This document shows, piece by piece, positions 19,864 through 21,961 of a stretch of DNA of 21,961 bases (positions are counted from its first letter, which is position 1; every line of letters starts with the position of its first letter). The notes under the pieces are model-generated. The model was given only the letters and a program-made list of their open reading frames with translations. It had not been told where the DNA came from and ran no database searches. Where the stretch lies: NCBI RefSeq assembly GCF_006345805.1, contig NW_021823591.1, forward strand, positions 1 through 21,961, in the 5' to 3' direction. The position numbers and the translations under genes were made by a program. The DNA is from Octopus sinensis (Eukaryota).

Positions 19864-20149
19864 AAGTTACAGGGACTAAACATACCAGCATCGGCTGTCA
19901 AGCGATGTTGGGGGGAGGGGGGACAAACATAGACATACAAACATACACACTACATTATATTATATATATATATAATATATTCATATTACGACGGGCTTCT
20001 TTCAGTTTCCGTCTATCAAATCCACTCACGCGGGTTTGGACGGCTCGGGGCTATAGTAGAAACACTTTCCCAAGGTGACACGCAGTGGAACTGAACCCAG
20101 AACCATGCTGTTGGTTATGAAGTTACTTACCACACAGCCACTCCTGCGC
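19864..20149 (-). mobile_element. tRNA-derived SINE, 3'-truncated, with internal microsatellite
   Basis: Head at 19988-20149, microsatellite, then part of the 3' half at 19864-19935. Confidence 0.88.
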
Positions 20150-20302
20150 GCATAAAACTCACGCGTGCATGCGCAAAACATGTATGTATTTAAAGGCTGA
20201 ATATATATAAAATAAAATGGGTTTTTTAAAACAAACTAAATAATTTTTTAACAATATAAATAATTTTTTTTAAACGAAGTAAATAAATTATTTTTTATAA
20301 TA

Positions 20303-20511
20303 GGCGTAAGAGTGGCTCTGTGGTAAGTAGCTTGCTTACCAACCACATGGTGCTCGATCAGTCCCACTCTGGGGCACTTGGGCAAGGGTCTTCTACTATA
20401 GCCAGGGCCGACCAAAGCCTTGTGAGTGTATTTGGTTGACGGAAACTGAAAGAGCCCGCCGTATATATGTTAATATGTATATATATATTATATATATATA
20501 TTATATATATA

Positions 20512-20557
<46 letters not shown>

Positions 20558-21060
20558 TAATATATATATATTATCCTTCGAAACGTAGAGTAGATGAAAC
20601 CTTAGCGACTGGAAGAAGGGGTTTTTTCGTGTGTTAACTTGTCCTTACTCCATTTTTTGTTATTTAAAAAAATGTCCTGTTCCTTTGGTTGTGTCTATGT
20701 TTTCGTTTCTCTATGTGTTCGACGTCCCTTTGGTGTCCTGTACTCATATATGCGTGTATATGTACATGTAGAGGTAGGTACGTACATTATGTTTTTATAT
20801 AATGCATATGTTTTATTTCTTTTATTAATATATATATATGTATGTAGTATGTTTGTATGTCTATGTTTGTCCACCCCAACATCACTTGACAATCGATGGT
20901 AGTGAGTTTACGGTCCTCGTAACCTAACGTTCAGCAAAAAGACCGATAGAATAAGTACTAGGCCTACAAAGAATAAGTCCTGGCGTCGATTTTCTCGACT
21001 AAAGGCGGTGCTCCACAGCATGGCAACGGACAAATGACTGAAAACAAGTAAAAGAGTAAA
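20303..21060 (+). mobile_element. tRNA-derived SINE, both halves, with expanded internal microsatellite and inserted sequence
   Basis: Head 20303-20462 (ggcgtaagagtggctctgtggtaagtagcttgc...), 3' half 20864-21060 (...aaggcggtgctcc...gactgaaaacaagtaaaagag). Confidence 0.8.
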
Positions 21061-21133
21061 TATATTTTTCCTCGCCTTAAAAAATGTGTCAAGTTACCAA
21101 AAACAGGAAGGGAGATATTTATAATTTATTTTT

Positions 21134-21541
21134 TTTTACTTGTTTCAGTCAGTTGTTTGTGGCCAAGCTGGAGCACCGCCTTTAGTCGGGCAAATCGACC
21201 CCAGGACTTATTCTTTGTAAGCCTAGTACTTATTCTTTCGCTCTCTTTTACCGAACTGCTAGCTTACGGGGCGTAAACACACCAGCATCTGTTGTCAAGC
21301 GATGTTCGGGGACAACACAGACACACAAACACACACACACACACATACATAGATACATACATACATACATAACATATAGATATACATATATATGACGGGC
21401 TTCTTTCAAATGCACTTACAAGTCTTTGGTCGGCCCGAGGCTATAGTAAAAGACACTTGCCCAAGGTGCCACGCAGTAGGACTGAACCCAGAACCATGTG
21501 GTTGGTACGCAAGCTACTTACCACACAGCCACTCCTTCGCC
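21134..21541 (-). mobile_element. tRNA-derived SINE, near full length
   Basis: 3' half 21134-21330, (CA)/(CATA)n linker, head 21394-21541 with a small internal deletion. Confidence 0.9.
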
Positions 21542-21611
21542 TATTATAGAAAATAATTTAATTTACTTCGTTTTAAAAAAAATGATTTATTTTTTGTAAA
21601 AATATTATTTA

Positions 21612-21832
21612 TTGGGTTGTCCGGAAAGTTCAGGCCGATTTATAGTAGCTTAACTTTCGACTTATTTTAGAACATGGTTGAGTCCATAAAATAGGATTTG
21701 ACTACACCTCCATTTAGAGCACAGTTTACGCTATCTTTTTGTGGAAGAAGGTTTATATTCCTATACCTGTGTTAATTCTGTAACCTTTTAAAATGGAAGA
21801 TAAGAAAGTTCATTTTCGGCACTTGATGCTTC
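21612..21832 (+). mobile_element. mariner 5' end (left TIR and start of transposase), truncated
   Basis: TA (21610-11) then TIR ttgggttgtccggaaagttcaggccgattt; ATG 21793 reads MEDKKVHFRHLML, a mariner-type N-terminus. Confidence 0.88.
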
Positions 21833-21898
21833 TTTCTTCCATTTTAAAGGTTACAGAATTAACACGGTTATAGGAACAAATAGCTAGTAAGTAAGCTA

Positions 21899-21961
21899 TG
21901 GATTGTCCGAAAAGTTCTTTTCTATTTTTAAAGGAAAGAAAGGGTCAATAAATACTTGCCA
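21899..21961 (-). mobile_element. mariner 3' end (right TIR), diverged, running off the window
   Basis: tggattgtccgaaaagttc...gaaagaaagggtcaataaatacttgcca is approximately the reverse complement of 226-288, preceded by TA. Confidence 0.8.

Overview
AT-rich, microsatellite-dense eukaryotic DNA. The repeat families look like those of octopus (coleoid cephalopod); this is recognised from memory, not from a search. It is not prokaryotic. There is one probable host gene segment: a ~2.55 kb coding exon (1208-3763, +) broken by about 6-7 frameshifts, mostly single-base losses in base runs, which suggests unpolished long-read errors. It encodes an acidic Ser-rich protein with LxxLL-like and DHxY motifs. 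The rest is mostly transposon-derived: mariner ends at both edges, a CR1-group 3' fragment, a scrambled RTE fragment, a near full-length RTE LINE (8412-~12215, -) with a PHD-type finger inside its RT region, a 5'-truncated Penelope-like element (RT + GIY-YIG, 16071-18510), a Helentron/DINE-1-like element and many tRNA-derived SINEs. The most notable signal is about 12 minimal type-I hammerhead-ribozyme-like motifs in at least 4 sequence families. They sit in tandem, circularly permuted or inverted short repeats, as expected for Penelope pseudo-LTRs or retrozymes. Three sequence contexts share an unusual U.U juxtaposition at the base of stem II. All folds were done by eye, and no cleavage activity is demonstrated.
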